A DNA stretch of 64,000 nucleotides from the human T2T-CHM13v2.0 reference genome, Homo sapiens: NCBI RefSeq assembly GCF_009914755.1, contig NC_060944.1. The stretch is one strand, 5' to 3'. Below the pieces are notes generated by a model that worked only from the letters and a program-made list of their open reading frames with translations, did no database searches and was not told the origin of the DNA. This document shows, in pieces, positions 1-13,603 of this stretch (positions are counted from its first letter, which is position 1; each line of letters opens with the position of its first letter). The position numbers and the translations under genes were made by a program.

Positions 1-119
1 TTCCGTTCCTTACAGCAGTTTTGAAACTCTCTTTTTCTAGAATATTTAAGTGGAAACTTGGAGCGCTTCGAGGCCTATGGTGAAAAAGGGAATATCTTCC
101 CATAAAAAGTAGACAGAAG

Positions 120-2680
120 AATGCTCAGTAACTACATTGTGATGTGTGTAATCAACTCACAGAGTTGAACTTTTCTTTTGAAAGAGAAGATTTGAAACAC
201 TCTTTTTGTAGAATCTGCAAATGGATATTTAGCCTGCCTTGAGGCCTTCATTGGAAACGGGAATATCTTCACATAAAACTAGACAGAAGCATTCTCAGAA
301 GCTTCGTTGTGATGTGTGCATTCAACTCCCAGAGTTGAACCTCTCTTTTGATAGAGCAGTTCTGAAACAATCTTTTTGTGGTATCTGGAAGTGGACGTTT
401 GGAGCGATTCGAGTCCTATGGTGAAAAAGGCAGTATCTTCACCTAAAAACTAGACAGAAGCATTCTCAGAAACTGCTTTGTGATATATGTAGTCAACTCA
501 CGGAGTTGAAACTTGGTTTTGATGTAGCAGTTTTGAAACACTCTTTTTGTTAGAATCTTCAAGTGGATATTTGGATAGCTTTGAGGCTTTCATTGGAAAC
601 GAGAATATCTACACATAACAAATAGACAGAAGCATTCTCAGAAAGTTCTTTATGAAGTTCGCATTGAACTCACAGAGTTGTACCTTCCTTTTCACACAGC
701 AGTTTTGAGACATTATTTTGTAGAATCTGCAAGTGGACATTTGGAGTTATTTGAGACATAGGGTGAAAAAGGAATATCTTCCCATAAAAAGTCGACAGAA
801 GCATTCTCAGAAACGACTTTCTGATTTGTGTACTCAACTCACAGAGTTAAACCTTTCCTTTGATACAACAGTTCGGAAACACTCTTCTTGTAGACTTTAC
901 AAGCGGATATAATGACAGCAGTGAGGATTTCATCGGAAACGGAATATCTTCACATAAAAGTAGACAGAAGCATTCGCAGAAAGTTCTTTGTAATGTGTGC
1001 ATTCAACTCACAGAGTTGAAACTTTCTTTTGATAGAGCAGATTGGAAGACCTCTTTCTGTAGAATTTGAAAGTGGATATCTGGACAGCTTTGAGGCCTTC
1101 CCTGGAAACGAGTGTATCTTCATATAAACACTAGACAGAAGCATCCTCAGAAACTTGTTGGTGATGCTTGCATTCAACTCACAGAATTGAACATTTCCTT
1201 TCCTAGAGCAGTTTTGAAACACTCTTTTTGTAGTATCTGGAAGTGGACATTTGGAGCACTTTGAGGCCTAGGGTGAAAAAGGAAATATCTTCACATAAAA
1301 ACTAGACAGAAGCATTCTCTTAAACTTCTTTGTGATGTGTGTACTCAACTCACAGAGTTGAACTTTTCTTCTCATAGATCAGATTTGAAACCCTCTTTTA
1401 GTAGAGAATGCAAGTGCATATTTGGATAGCTTTGAGGATTTCACTGGAAACGGGAATATCTTCCCATAAAAACTAGAAAGAAGCATTCTCAGAAACTTCT
1501 TTGTGATGCTTGCATTCAACACACAGAGTTGAACATTCCCTTTCATACAGCAGTTTTGAAAAACTCTTTTTGTAGTATCTGGAAGTGGACCTTTGGAGCG
1601 CTTTGAGGCCTAGGGTGAAAAAGGAAATACCCTCACCTAAAAAGTAGACCGAAGCATTCTCAGAAACTTCTTTGTGATGTGTGTAGTCAACTCACAGAGT
1701 TGAACCGTTCTTTTGATACAGCAGTTTTGAAACACTCTTTTTGTAGAACCTGCAAGTGGTTATTTTGATAGCTTTGAGGCTCTCATTGGAAACGGGAATA
1801 TCTTCACATAAAAACTAGACAGAAGCATTCTCAGAAACTTCTTTATGAAGTTTGCATTCAACACACAGAGTTGAACATTCCGTTCCATACAGCAGTTTTG
1901 AAACTCTCTTTTTCTAGAATCTGTAAGTGGAAACTTGGAGCACTTCGAGGCCTATGGTGAAAAAGGGAATATCTTCCCATAAAAAGTAGACAGAAGAATT
2001 CTCAGTAACTACTTTGTGATGTGTGTACTCAACTCACAGAGTTGAACTTTTCTTCTCATAGATCAGATTTGAAACCCTCTTTTTGTAGAGTCTGCAAGTG
2101 CATATTTGGATAGCTTTGAGGATTTCATTGGAAACGGGAATATCTTCCCATAAAAACTAGAAAGAAGGATTCTCAGAAACTTCTTTGTGATGCTTGCATT
2201 CAACTCACAGAGTTGAACATTCCCGTTCATACAGCAGTTTTGAAACACTCTTTTTGTAGTATCTGGAAGTGGACCTTTGGAGCGCTCTGAGGCCTAGGGT
2301 GAAAAAGGAAATATCCTCACCTAAAAACTAGACAGAAGTATTCTCAGAAACTTCTTTGTGATGTGTGTAGTCAACTCACAGAGTTGAACCTTTCTTTTGA
2401 TACAGCAGTTTTGAAACACTCTTTTTGTAGAATCTGCAAGTGGTTATTTTGATAGCTTTGAGGCTTTCATTGGAAACGGGAATATCTTCACATAAAAACT
2501 AGACAGAAGCATTCTCAGAAACTTCTTTATGAAGTTTGCATTCAACTCACAGAGTTGAACTTTCCGTTCCATACAGCAGTTTTGAAACTCTCTTTTTCTA
2601 GAATCTGTAAGTGGAAACTTGGAGTGCTTCGAGGCCTATGGTGAAAAAGGGAATATCTTCCCATAAAAAGTAGACAGAAG
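120..2680 (+). repeat. 15-mer HOR variant (M1-M11 + hybrid M1/M8 + M9-M11)
   Basis: ORF spacing 239->2800 = 2561 bp. The monomer at 1997 begins as M1 (aattctcagtaactac) and continues as M8 (ttctcatagatcag). Confidence 0.93.
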
Positions 2681-5600
2681 CTTTCTCAGTAACTACTTTG
2701 TGATGTGTGTACTCAACTCACAGGGTTGAACTTTTCCTTTGAAAGAGAAGTTTTGAAACACCCTTTCTGTAGAATCTGCAAATGGGTATGTAGCCTGCTT
2801 TGAGGCCTTCATTGGAAACGGGAATATCTTTACATAAAACTAGACAGAAGCATTCTCAGAAACTTCATTGTCATGTGTGCATTCAACTCCCAGAGTTGAA
2901 CCTCTCTTTTGATAGAGCAGTTCTGAAACAATCTTTTTGTGGTATCTGGAAGTGGACGTTTGGAGCGATTCGAGGCCTATGGTGAAAAAGGCAATATCTT
3001 CACCTAAAAACTAGACAGAAGCATTCTCAGAAACTGCTTTGTGATATGTGTAGTCAACTCACGGAGTTGAAACTTTGTTTTGATGCAGCAGTTTTGAAAC
3101 ACTCTTTTTGTTAGAATCTTCAAGTGGATATTTGGATAGCTTTGAGGCTTTCATTGGAAACGGGAATATCTACACATAAGAACTAGACAGAAGCATTCTC
3201 AGAAAGTTCTTTATGAAGTTCGCATTCAACTCACAGAGTTGTACCTTCCTTTTCACACAGCAGTTTCGAGACATTCTTTTTGTAGAATCTGCCAGTGGAC
3301 ATTTGGAGTGATTTGAGACATAGGGTGAAAAAGGAATATCTTCCCATAAAAAGTAGACAGAAGCATTCTCAGAAACGACTTTCTGATTTGTGTACTCAAC
3401 TCACAGAGTTAAACCTTTCCTTTGATACAGCAGTTTGGAAACACTCTTCTTGTAGAATTTACAAGCGGATATAAGGACAGCAGTGAGGATTTCATTGGAA
3501 ACGGAATATCTTCACATAAATGTAGACAGAAGCATTCTCAGAAAGTTCTTTGTAATGTGTGCATTCAACTCACAGAGTTGAAAGTTTCTTTTGATAGAGC
3601 AGATTGGAAGCCCTCTTTTTGTAGAATTTGCAAGTGGATATCTGGACAGCTTTGAGGCCTTCCCTGGAAACGAGTGTATCTTCACATAAACACTAGACAG
3701 AAGCATCCTCAGAAACTTGTTGGTGATGCTTGCATTCAACTCACAGAATTGAACATTTCTTTTCCTAGAGCAGTTTTGAAACACTCTTTTTGTAGTACCT
3801 GGAAGTGGACCTTTGGAGCACTTTGAGCCCTAGGGTGAAAAAGGGAATATCTTCAGATAAAAACTAGACAGAAGCATTCTCTGAAACTTATTTGTGATGT
3901 GTGTGCTCAACTCACAGAGTTGAACTTTTCTTCTCATAGATCAGATTTGAAACCCTCTTTTTATAGACTCTGCAAGTGCATATTTGGATAGCTTTGAGGA
4001 TTTCATTGGAAACGGGAATATCTTCCCATAAAAACTAGAAAGAAGCATTCTCAGAAAGTTCTTTGTGATGCTTGCATTCAACTCACAGAGTTGAACATTC
4101 CCTTTCATACAGCAGTTTTGAAACACTCTTTTTGTAGTATCTGGAAGTGGACGTTTGGCGCGCTCTGAGGCCTAGGGTGAAAAAGGAAATATCCTCACCT
4201 AAAAACTAGACAGAAGTATTCTCAGAAACTTCTTTGTGATGTGTGTAGTCAACTCACAGAGTTGAACCTTTCTTTTAATACAGCAGTTTTCAAACACTCT
4301 TTTTATAGAATCTGCAAGTGGTTATTTTGATAGCTTTGAGGCTTTCATTGGAAAAGGGATTATCTTCACATAAAAACTAGACAGAAGCATTCTCAGAAAC
4401 TTCTTTATGAAGTTTGCATTCAACTCACAGAGTTGAACTTTCCGTTCCATACAGCAGTTTTGAAACTCTCTTTTTCTAGAATCTTTAAGTGGAAACTTGG
4501 AGCGCTTCGAGGCCTATGGTGGAAAAGAGAATATCTTCCCATAAAAAGTAGACAGAAGAATTCTCAGTAACTACTTTGTGATGTGTGTACTCAACTCACA
4601 GAGTTGAACTTTTCTTTTGAAAGAGAAGTTTTGAAACACTCTTTTTGTAGAATCTGCAAATGGGTATGTAGCCTGCTTTGAGGCCTTCATTGGAAACGGG
4701 AATATCTTCACATAAAACTAGACAGAAGCATTCTCAGAAACTTCGTTGTGATGTGTGCATTCAACTCCCAGAGTTGAACCTCTCTTTTGATAGAGCAGTT
4801 CTGAAACAATCTTCTTGTGGTATCTGGAAGCGGACGTTTGGAGCGATTCGAGGCCTACGGTGAAAAGGGCAATATCTTCACCTAAAAACTAGACAGAAGC
4901 ATTCTCAGAAACTGCTTTGTGATATGTGTAGTCAACTCACGGAGTTGAAATTTGTTTTGATGCAGCAGTTTTGAAACACTCTTTTTTGTTAAAATCTTCA
5001 AGTGGATATTTGGATAGCTTTGAGGCTTTTATTGGAAACCGGAATATCTACACATAAGAACTAGACAGAAGCATTCTCAGAAAGTTCTTTATGAAGTTCG
5101 CATTCAACTCACAGAGTTGTACCTTCCTTTTCACACAGTAGTTTTGAGACATTCTTTTTGTAGAATCTGCAAGTGGACATTTGGAGTGATTTGAGACATA
5201 GGGTGAAAAAGGAATATCTTCCCATAAAAAGTAGACAGAAGCATTCTCAGAAACGACTTTCTGATTTGTGTACTCAACTCACAGAGTTAAACCTTTCCTT
5301 TGATACAGCAGTTCGGAAACACTCTTCTTGTAGAATTTACGAGCGGATATAAGGACAGCAGTGAGGATTTCATCGGAAACGGAATATCTTCACATAAAAG
5401 TAGACAGAAGCATTCTCAGAAAGTTCTTTGTAATGTGTGCATTCAACTCACAGAGTTGAAACTTTCTTTTGATAGAGCAGATTGGAATCCCTCTTTTTGT
5501 AGAATTTGCAAGTGGATATCTGGACAGCTTTGAGGCCTTCCCTGGAAACGAGTGTATCTTCACATAAACACTAGACAGAAGCATCCTCAGAAACTTGTTG

Positions 5601-6435
5601 GTGATGCTTGCATTCAACTCACAGAATTGAACATTTCTTTTCCTAGAGCAGTTTTGAAACACTGTTTTTGTAGTATCTGGAAGTGGACATTTGGAACACT
5701 TTGAGGTCTAGGGTGAAAAAGGAAATAGCTTCACATAAAAACTAGACAGAAGCATTCTCTGAAACTTCTTTGTGATGTGTGTACTCAACTCACAGAGTTG
5801 AACTTTTCTCTCATAGATCATATTTGAAACTCTCTTTTTGTAGAGTCTGCAAGTGTATATTTGGATAGCTTTGAGGATTTCATTGGAATCGAGAATATCT
5901 TCCCATAAAAACTAGAAAGAAGCATTCTCAGAAATTTCTTTGTGATGTTTGCATTCAACTCACAGAGTTGAACATTCCCTTTCATACAGCAGTTTGGAAA
6001 CACTCTTTTTGTAGTATCTGGAAGTGGACCTTTGGAGTGCTTTGAGGCCTAGGGTGAAAAAGGAAATATCCTCACCTAAAAACTAGACAGAATCATTCTC
6101 AGAAACTTCTTTGTGATGTGTGTAGTCAACTCACAGAGTTGAACCTTTCTTTTGATACAGCAGTTTTGAAACACTCTTTTTGTAGTATCTGCAAGTGGTT
6201 ATTTTGATAGCTTCGAGGCTTTCATTGGAAACGGGAATATCTTCACATAAAAACTAGACAGAAGCATTCTCAGAAACTTCTTTATGACGTTTGCATTCAA
6301 CTCACACAGTTGAACTTTCCGTTCCATACAGCAGTTTTGAAACTCACTTTTTCTAGTATCTGTAAGTGACAACTTGGAGCGCATCGAGGCCTATGGTGAA
6401 AAAGGGAATATCTTCCCATAAAAAGTAGACAGAAG
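2681..6435 (+). repeat. Two canonical 11-mer HORs
   Basis: ORF spacings 2800->4678->6555 (1878, 1877 bp). Confidence 0.93.
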
Positions 6436-7800
6436 AATTCTCAGTAACTACTTTGTGATGTGTGTACTCAACTCACAGAGTTGAACTTTTCTTTTGAAAG
6501 AGAAGTTTTGAAACACTCTTTTTGTAGAATCTGCAAATGGGTATTTAGCCTGCTTTGAGGCCTTCATTGGAAACGGGAATATCTTCACATAAAACTAGAC
6601 AGAAGCATTCTCAGAAACTTCGTTGTGATTTGTGCATTGAACTCCCAGAGTTGAACCTCTCTTTTGATAGAGCAGTTCTGAAACAATCTTTTTGTGGTAT
6701 CTGGAAGTGGACGTTTGGAGCGATTCGAGGCCTATGGTGAAAAAGGCAATATCTTCACCTAAAAACTTGACAGAACCATTCTCAGAAACTGCTTTGTGAT
6801 ATGTGTAGTGAACTCACGGAGTTGAAACTTTGTTTTGATGCAGCAGTTTTGAAACACTCTTTTTGTTAGAATCTTCAAGTGGATATTTGGATAGCTTTGA
6901 GGCTTTCATTGGAAACGGGAATATCTACACATAAGAACTAGACAGAAGCATTCTCAGAAAGTTCTTTATGAAGTTCGCATTCAACTCAAAGAGTTGTACC
7001 TTCCTTTTCACACAGTAGTTTTGAGACATTCTTTTTGAAGAATCTGCCAGTGGACATTTGGAGTGATTTGAGACATAGGGTGAAAAAGGAATATCTTCCC
7101 ATAAAAAGTAGACAGAAGCATTCTCAGAAAAGACTTTCTGATTTGTGTACTCAACTCACAGAGTTAAACCTTTCCTTTGATACAGCAGTTTGGAAACACT
7201 CTTCTTGTAGAATTTACAAGCGGATATAAGGACAGCAGTGAGGATTTCATCGGAAACGGAATATCTTCACATAAAAGTAGACAGAAGCATTCTCAGAAAG
7301 TTCTGTCTAATGTGTGCATTCAACTCACAGAGCTGAAACTTTCTTTTGATAGAGCAGATTGGAATCCCTCTTTTTGTAGAATTTGCAAGTGGATATCTGG
7401 ACAGATTTGAGGCCTTCCCTGGAAACGAGTGTATCTTCACATAAACACTAGACAGAAGCATCCTCAGAAACTTGTTGGTGATGCTTGCATTCAACTCACA
7501 GAATTGAACATTTCTTTTCCTAGAGCAGTTTTGAAACACTCTTTTTGTAGTATCTGGAAGTGGACATTTGGAGCACTTTGAGGCCTAGGGTGAAAAAGAA
7601 TATAGCTTCACATAAAAACTAGACAGAAGCATTCTCAGAAACTTCTTTATGAAGTTTGCATTCAACTCACAGAGTTGAACTTTCCGTTCCATACAGCAGT
7701 TTTGAAACTCTCTTTTTCTAGAATATTTAAGTGGAAACTTGGAGCGCTTCGAGGCCTATGGTGAAAAAGGGAATATCTTCCCATAAAAAGTAGACAGAAG
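6436..7800 (+). repeat. 8-mer HOR variant (M8-M10 deleted)
   Basis: ORF spacing 6555->7920 = 1365 bp. M7 is followed directly by M11 (ctttatgaagtttgc) at ~7630. Confidence 0.93.
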
Positions 7801-10361
7801 AATGCTCAGTAACTACATTGTGATGTGTGTAATCAACTCACAGAGTGGAACTTTTCTTTTGAAAGAGAAGATTTGAAACACTCTTTTTGTAGAATCTGCA
7901 AATGGATATTTAGCCTGCCTTGAGGCCTTCATTGGAAACGGGAATATCTTCACATAAAACTAGACAGAAGCATTCTCAGAAACTTCGTTGTGATGTGTGC
8001 ATTCAACTCCCAGAGTTGAACCTCTCTTTTGATAGAGCAGTTCTGAAACAATCTTTTTGTGGTATCTGGAAGTGGACGTTTGGAGCGATTCGAGTCCTAT
8101 GGTGAAAAAGGCAGTATCTTCACCTAAAAACTAGACAGAAGCATTCTCAGAAACTGCTTTGTGATATATGTAGTCAACTCACGGAGTTGAAACTTGGTTT
8201 TGATGTAGCAGTTTTGAAACACTCTTTTTGTTAGAATCTTCAAGTGGATATTTGGATAGCTTTGAGGCTTTCATTGGAAACGAGAATATCTACACATAAC
8301 AAATAGACAGAAGCATTCTCAGAAAGTTCTTTATGAAGTTCGCATTGAACTCACAGAGTTGTACCTTCCTTTTCACACAGCAGTTTTGAGACATTATTTT
8401 GTAGAATCTGCAAGTGGACATTTGGAGTTATTTGAGACATAGGGTGAAAAAGGAATATCTTCCCATAAAAAGTCGACAGAAGCATTCTCAGAAACGACTT
8501 TCTGATTTGTGTACTCAACTCACAGAGTTAAACCTTTCCTTTGATACAACAGTTCGGAAACACACTTCTTGTAGACTTTACAAGCGGATATAATGACAGC
8601 AGTGAGGATTTCATCGGAAACGGAATATCTTCACATAAAAGTAGACAGAAGCATTCGCAGAAAGTTCTTTGTAATGTGTGCATTCAACTCACAGAGTTGA
8701 AACTTTCTTTTGATAGAGCAGATTGGAAGACCTCTTTCTGTAGAATTTGAAAGTGGATATCTGGACAGCTTTGAGGCCTTCCCTGGAAACGAGTGTATCT
8801 TCATATAAACACTAGACAGAAGCATCCTCAGAAACTTGTTGGTGATGCTTGCATTCAACTCACAGAATTGAACATTTCCTTCCCTAGAGCAGTTTTGAAA
8901 CACTGTTTTTGTAGTATCTGGAAGTGGACATTTGGAGCACTTTGAGGCCTAGGGTGAAAAAGGAAATATCTTCACATAAAAACTAGACAGAAGCATTCTC
9001 TTAAACTTCTTTGTGATGTGTGTACTCAACTCACAGAGTTGAACTTTTCTTCTCATAGATCAGATTCGAAACCCTCTTTTAGTAGAGAATGCAAGTGCAT
9101 ATTTGGATAGCTTTGAGGATTTCACTGGAAACGGGAATATCTTCCCATAAAAACTAGAAAGAAGCATTCTCAGAAACTTCTTTGTGATGCTTGCATTCAA
9201 CACACAGAGTTGAACATTCCCTTTCATACAGCAGTTTTGAAACACTCTTTTTGTAGTATCTGGAAGTGGACCTTTGGAGCGCTTTGAGGCCTATGGTGAA
9301 AAAGGAAATACCCTCACCTAAAAAGTAGACCGAAGCATTCTCAGAAACTTCTTTGTGATGTGTGTAGTCAACTCACAGAGTTGAACCTTTCTTTTGATAC
9401 AGCAGTTTTGAAACACTCTTTTTGTAGAACCTGCAAGTGGTTATTTTGATAGCTTTGAGGCTCTCATTGGAAACGGGAATATCTTCACATAAAAACTAGA
9501 CAGAAGCATTCTCAGAAACTTCTTTATGAAGTTTGCATTCAACACACAGAGTTGAACATTCCGTTCCATACAGCAGTTTTGAAACTCTCTTTTTCTAGAA
9601 TCTGTAAGTGGAAACTTGGAGCACTTCGAGGCCTATGGTGAAAAAGGGAATATCTTCCCATAAAAAGTAGACAGAAGAATTCTCAGTAACTACTTTGTGA
9701 TGTGTGTACTCAACTCACAGAGTTGAACTTTTCTTCTCATAGATCAGATTTGAAACCCTCTTTTTGTAGAGTCTGCAAGTGCATATTTGGATAGCTTTGA
9801 GGATTTCATTGGAAACGGGAATATCTTCCCATAAAAACTAGAAAGAAGGATTCTCAGAAACTTCTTTGTGATGCTTGCATTCAACTCACAGAGTTGAACA
9901 TTCCCGTTCATACCGCAGTTTGGAAACACTCTTTTTGTAGTATCTGGAAGTGGACCTTTGGAGCGCTCTGAGGTCTGGGGTGAAAAAGGAAATATCCTCA
10001 CCTAAAAACTAGACAGAAGTATTCTCAGAAACTTCTTTGTGATGTGTGTAGTCAACTCACAGAGTTGAACCTTTCTTTTGATACAGCAGTTTTGAAACAC
10101 TCTTTTTGTAGAATCTGCAAGTGGTTATTTTGATAGCTTTGAGGCTTTCATTGGAAACGGGAATATCTTCACATAAAAACTAGACAGAAGCATTCTCAGA
10201 AACTTCTTTATGAAGTTTGCATTCAACTCACAGAGTTGAACTTTCCGTTCCATACAGCAGTTTTGAAACTCTCTTTTTCTAGAATATTTAAGTGGAAACT
10301 TGGAGCGCTACGAGGCCTATGGTGAAAAAGGGAATATCTTCCCATAAAAAGTAGACAGAAG
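7801..10361 (+). repeat. 15-mer HOR variant
   Basis: Spacing 7920->10481 = 2561 bp; hybrid M1/M8 monomer at 9678. Confidence 0.93.
9291..9307 (+). promoter_or_regulatory. pJalpha (A-box) motif, example of a consensus match in an A-type monomer (M9)
   Basis: ctatggtgaaaaaggaa matches CTAYGGTGRAAAAGGAA. Near matches occupy the same position in M2, M4, M7, M9 and M11 of the HORs. Confidence 0.6.
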
Positions 10362-12238
10362 AATGCTCAGTAACTACATTGTGATGTGTGTAATCAACTC
10401 ACAGAGTTGAACTTTTCTTTTGAAAGAGAAGATTTGAAACACTCTTTTTGTAGAATCTGCAAATGGATATTTAGCCTGCCTTGAGGCCTTCATTGGAAAC
10501 GGGAATATCCTCTCATAAAACTAGACAGAAGCATTCTCAGAAGCTTCGTTGTGATGTGTGCATTCAACTCCCAGAGTTGAACCTCTCTTTTGATAGAGCA
10601 GTTCTGAAACAATCTTTTTGTGGTATCTGGAAGTGGACGTTTGGAGCGATTCGAGGCCTATGGTGAAAAAGGCAATATCTTCACCTAAAAACTAGACAGA
10701 AGCATTCTCAGAAACTGCTTTGTGATATGTGTAGTCAACTCACGGAGTTGAAACTTTGTTTTGATGCAGCAGTTTTGAAACACTCTTTTTGTTAGAATCT
10801 TCAAGTGGATATTTGGATAGCTTTGAGGCTTTCATTGGAAACGGGAATATCTACACATAAGAACTAGACAGAAGCATTCTCAGAAAGTTCTTTATGAAGT
10901 TCGCATTCAACTCACAGAGTTGTACCTTCCTTTTCACACAGCAGTTTTGAGACATTCTTTTTGTAGAATCTGCAAGTGGACATTTGGAGTGATTTGAGAC
11001 ATAGGGTGAAAAAGGAATATCTTCCCATAAAAAGTAGACAGAAGCATTCTCAGAAACGACTTTCTGATTTGTGTACTCAACTCACAGAGTTAAACCTTTC
11101 CTTTGATACAGCAGTTTGGAAACACTCTTCTTGTAGAATTTACAAGCGGATATAAGGACAGCAGTGAGGATTTCATCGGAAACGGAATATCTTCACATAA
11201 AAGTAGACAGAAGCATTCTCAGAAAGTTCTGTCTAATGTGTGCATTCAACTCACAGAGCTGAAACTTTCTTTTGATAGAGCAGATTGGAATCCCTCTTTT
11301 TGTAGAATTTGCAAGTGGATATCTGGACAGCTTTGAGGCCTTCCCTGGAAACGAGTGTATCTTCACATAAACACTAGACAGAAGCATCCTCAGAAACTTG
11401 TTGGTGATGCTTGCATTCAACTCACAGAATTGAACATTTCTTTTCCTAGAGCAGTTTTGAAACACTGTTTTTGTAGTATCTGGAAGTGGACATTTGGAAC
11501 ACTTTGAGGTCTAGGGTGAAAAAGGAAATAGCTTCACATAAAAACTAGACAGAAGCATTCTCTGAAACTTCTTTGTGATGTGTGTACTCAACTCACAGAG
11601 TTGAACTTTTCTCTCATAGATCATATTTGAAACTCTCTTTTTGTAGAGTCTGCAAGTGTATATTTGGATAGCTTTGAGGATTTCATTGGAATCGAGAATA
11701 TCTTCCCATAAAAACTAGAAAGAAGCATTCTCAGAAATTTCTTTGTGATGTTTGCATTCAACTCACAGAGTTGAACATTCCCTTTCATACAGCAGTTTGG
11801 AAACACTCTTTTTGTAGTATCTGGAAGTGGACCTTTGGAGTGCTTTGAGGCCTAGGGTGAAAAAGGAAATATCCTCACCTAAAAACTAGACAGAATCATT
11901 CTCAGAAACTTCTTTGTGATGTGTGTAGTCAACTCACAGAGTTGAACCTTTCTTTTGATACAGCAGTTTTGAAACACTCTTTTTGTAGTATCTGCAAGTG
12001 GTTATTTTGATAGCTTCGAGGCTTTCATTGGAAACGGGAATATCTTCACATAAAAACTAGACAGAAGCATTCTCAGAAACTTCTTTATGACGTTTGCATT
12101 CAACTCACACAGTTGAACTTTCCGTTCCATACAGCAGTTTTGAAACTCACTTTTTCTAGTATCTGTAAGTGACAACTTGGAGCGCATCGAGGCCTATGGT
12201 GAAAAAGGGAATATCTTCCCATAAAAAGTAGACAGAAG
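10362..12238 (+). repeat. Canonical 11-mer HOR
   Basis: Spacing 10481->12358 = 1877 bp. Confidence 0.92.
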
Positions 12239-13603
12239 AATTCTCAGTAACTACTTTGTGATGTGTGTACTCAACTCACAGAGTTGAACTTTTCTTTTGA
12301 AAGAGAAGTTTTGAAACACTCTTTTTGTAGAATCTGCAAATGGGTATTTAGCCTGCTTTGAGGCCTTCATTGGAAACGGGAATATCTTCACATAAAACTA
12401 GACAGAAGCATTCTCAGAAACTTCGTTGTGATTTGTGCATTGAACTCCCAGAGTTGAACCTCTCTTTTGATAGAGCAGTTCTGAAACAATCTTTTTGTGG
12501 TATCTGGAAGTGGACGTTTGGAGCGATTCGAGGCCTATGGTGAAAAAGGCAATATCTTCACCTAAAAACTTGACAGAACCATTCTCAGAAACTGCTTTGT
12601 GATATGTGTAGTGAACTCACGGAGTTGAAACTTTGTTTTGATGCAGCAGTTTTGAAACACTCTTTTTGTTAGAATCTTCAAGTGGATATTTGGATAGCTT
12701 TGAGGCTTTCATTGGAAACGGGAATATCTACACATAAGAACTAGACAGAAGCATTCTCAGAAAGTTCTTTATGAAGTTCGCATTCAACTCAAAGAGTTGT
12801 ACCTTCCTTTTCACACAGTAGTTTTGAGACATTCTTTTTGAAGAATCTGCCAGTGGACATTTGGAGTGATTTGAGACATAGGGTGAAAAAGGAATATCTT
12901 CCCATAAAAAGTAGACAGAAGCATTCTCAGAAAAGACTTTCTGATTTGTGTACTCAACTCACAGAGTTAAACCTTTCCTTTGATACAGCAGTTTGGAAAC
13001 ACTCTTCTTGTAGAATTTACAAGCGGATATAAGGACAGCAGTGAGGATTTCATCGGAAACGGAATATCTTCACATAAAAGTAGACAGAAGCATTCTCAGA
13101 AAGTTCTGTCTAATGTGTGCATTCAACTCACAGAGCTGAAACTTTCTTTTGATAGAGCAGATTGGAATCCCTCTTTTTGTAGAATTTGCAAGTGGATATC
13201 TGGACAGCTTTGAGGCCTTCCCTGGAAACGAGTGTATCTTCACATAAACACTAGACAGAAGCATCCTCAGAAACTTGTTGGTGATGCTTGCATTCAACTC
13301 ACAGAATTGAACATTTCTTTTCCTAGAGCAGTTTTGAAACACTCTTTTTGTAGTATCTGGAAGTGGACATTTGGAGCACTTTGAGGCCTAGGGTGAAAAA
13401 GAATATAGCTTCACATAAAAACTAGACAGAAGCATTCTCAGAAACTTCTTTATGAAGTTTGCATTCAACTCACAGAGTTGAACTTTCCGTTCCATACAGC
13501 AGTTTTGAAACTCTCTTTTTCTAGAATATTTAAGTGGAAACTTGGAGCGCTTCGAGGCCTATGGTGAAAAAGGGAATATCTTCCCATAAAAAGTAGACAG
13601 AAG
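12239..13603 (+). repeat. 8-mer HOR variant (M8-M10 deleted)
   Basis: Spacing 12358->13723 = 1365 bp; M7->M11 junction at 13409-13439. Confidence 0.93.

Noticed and set aside
244-270. cttcattggaaacggga and similar motifs as functional CENP-B boxes
   Set aside because: They lack the essential G of TTCG, so they are treated as degenerate boxes.
300-320. cttcgttgtgatgtgtg in M2 as a displaced CENP-B box
   Set aside because: It has TTCG but not the downstream CGGG, and it lies at the wrong monomer position.
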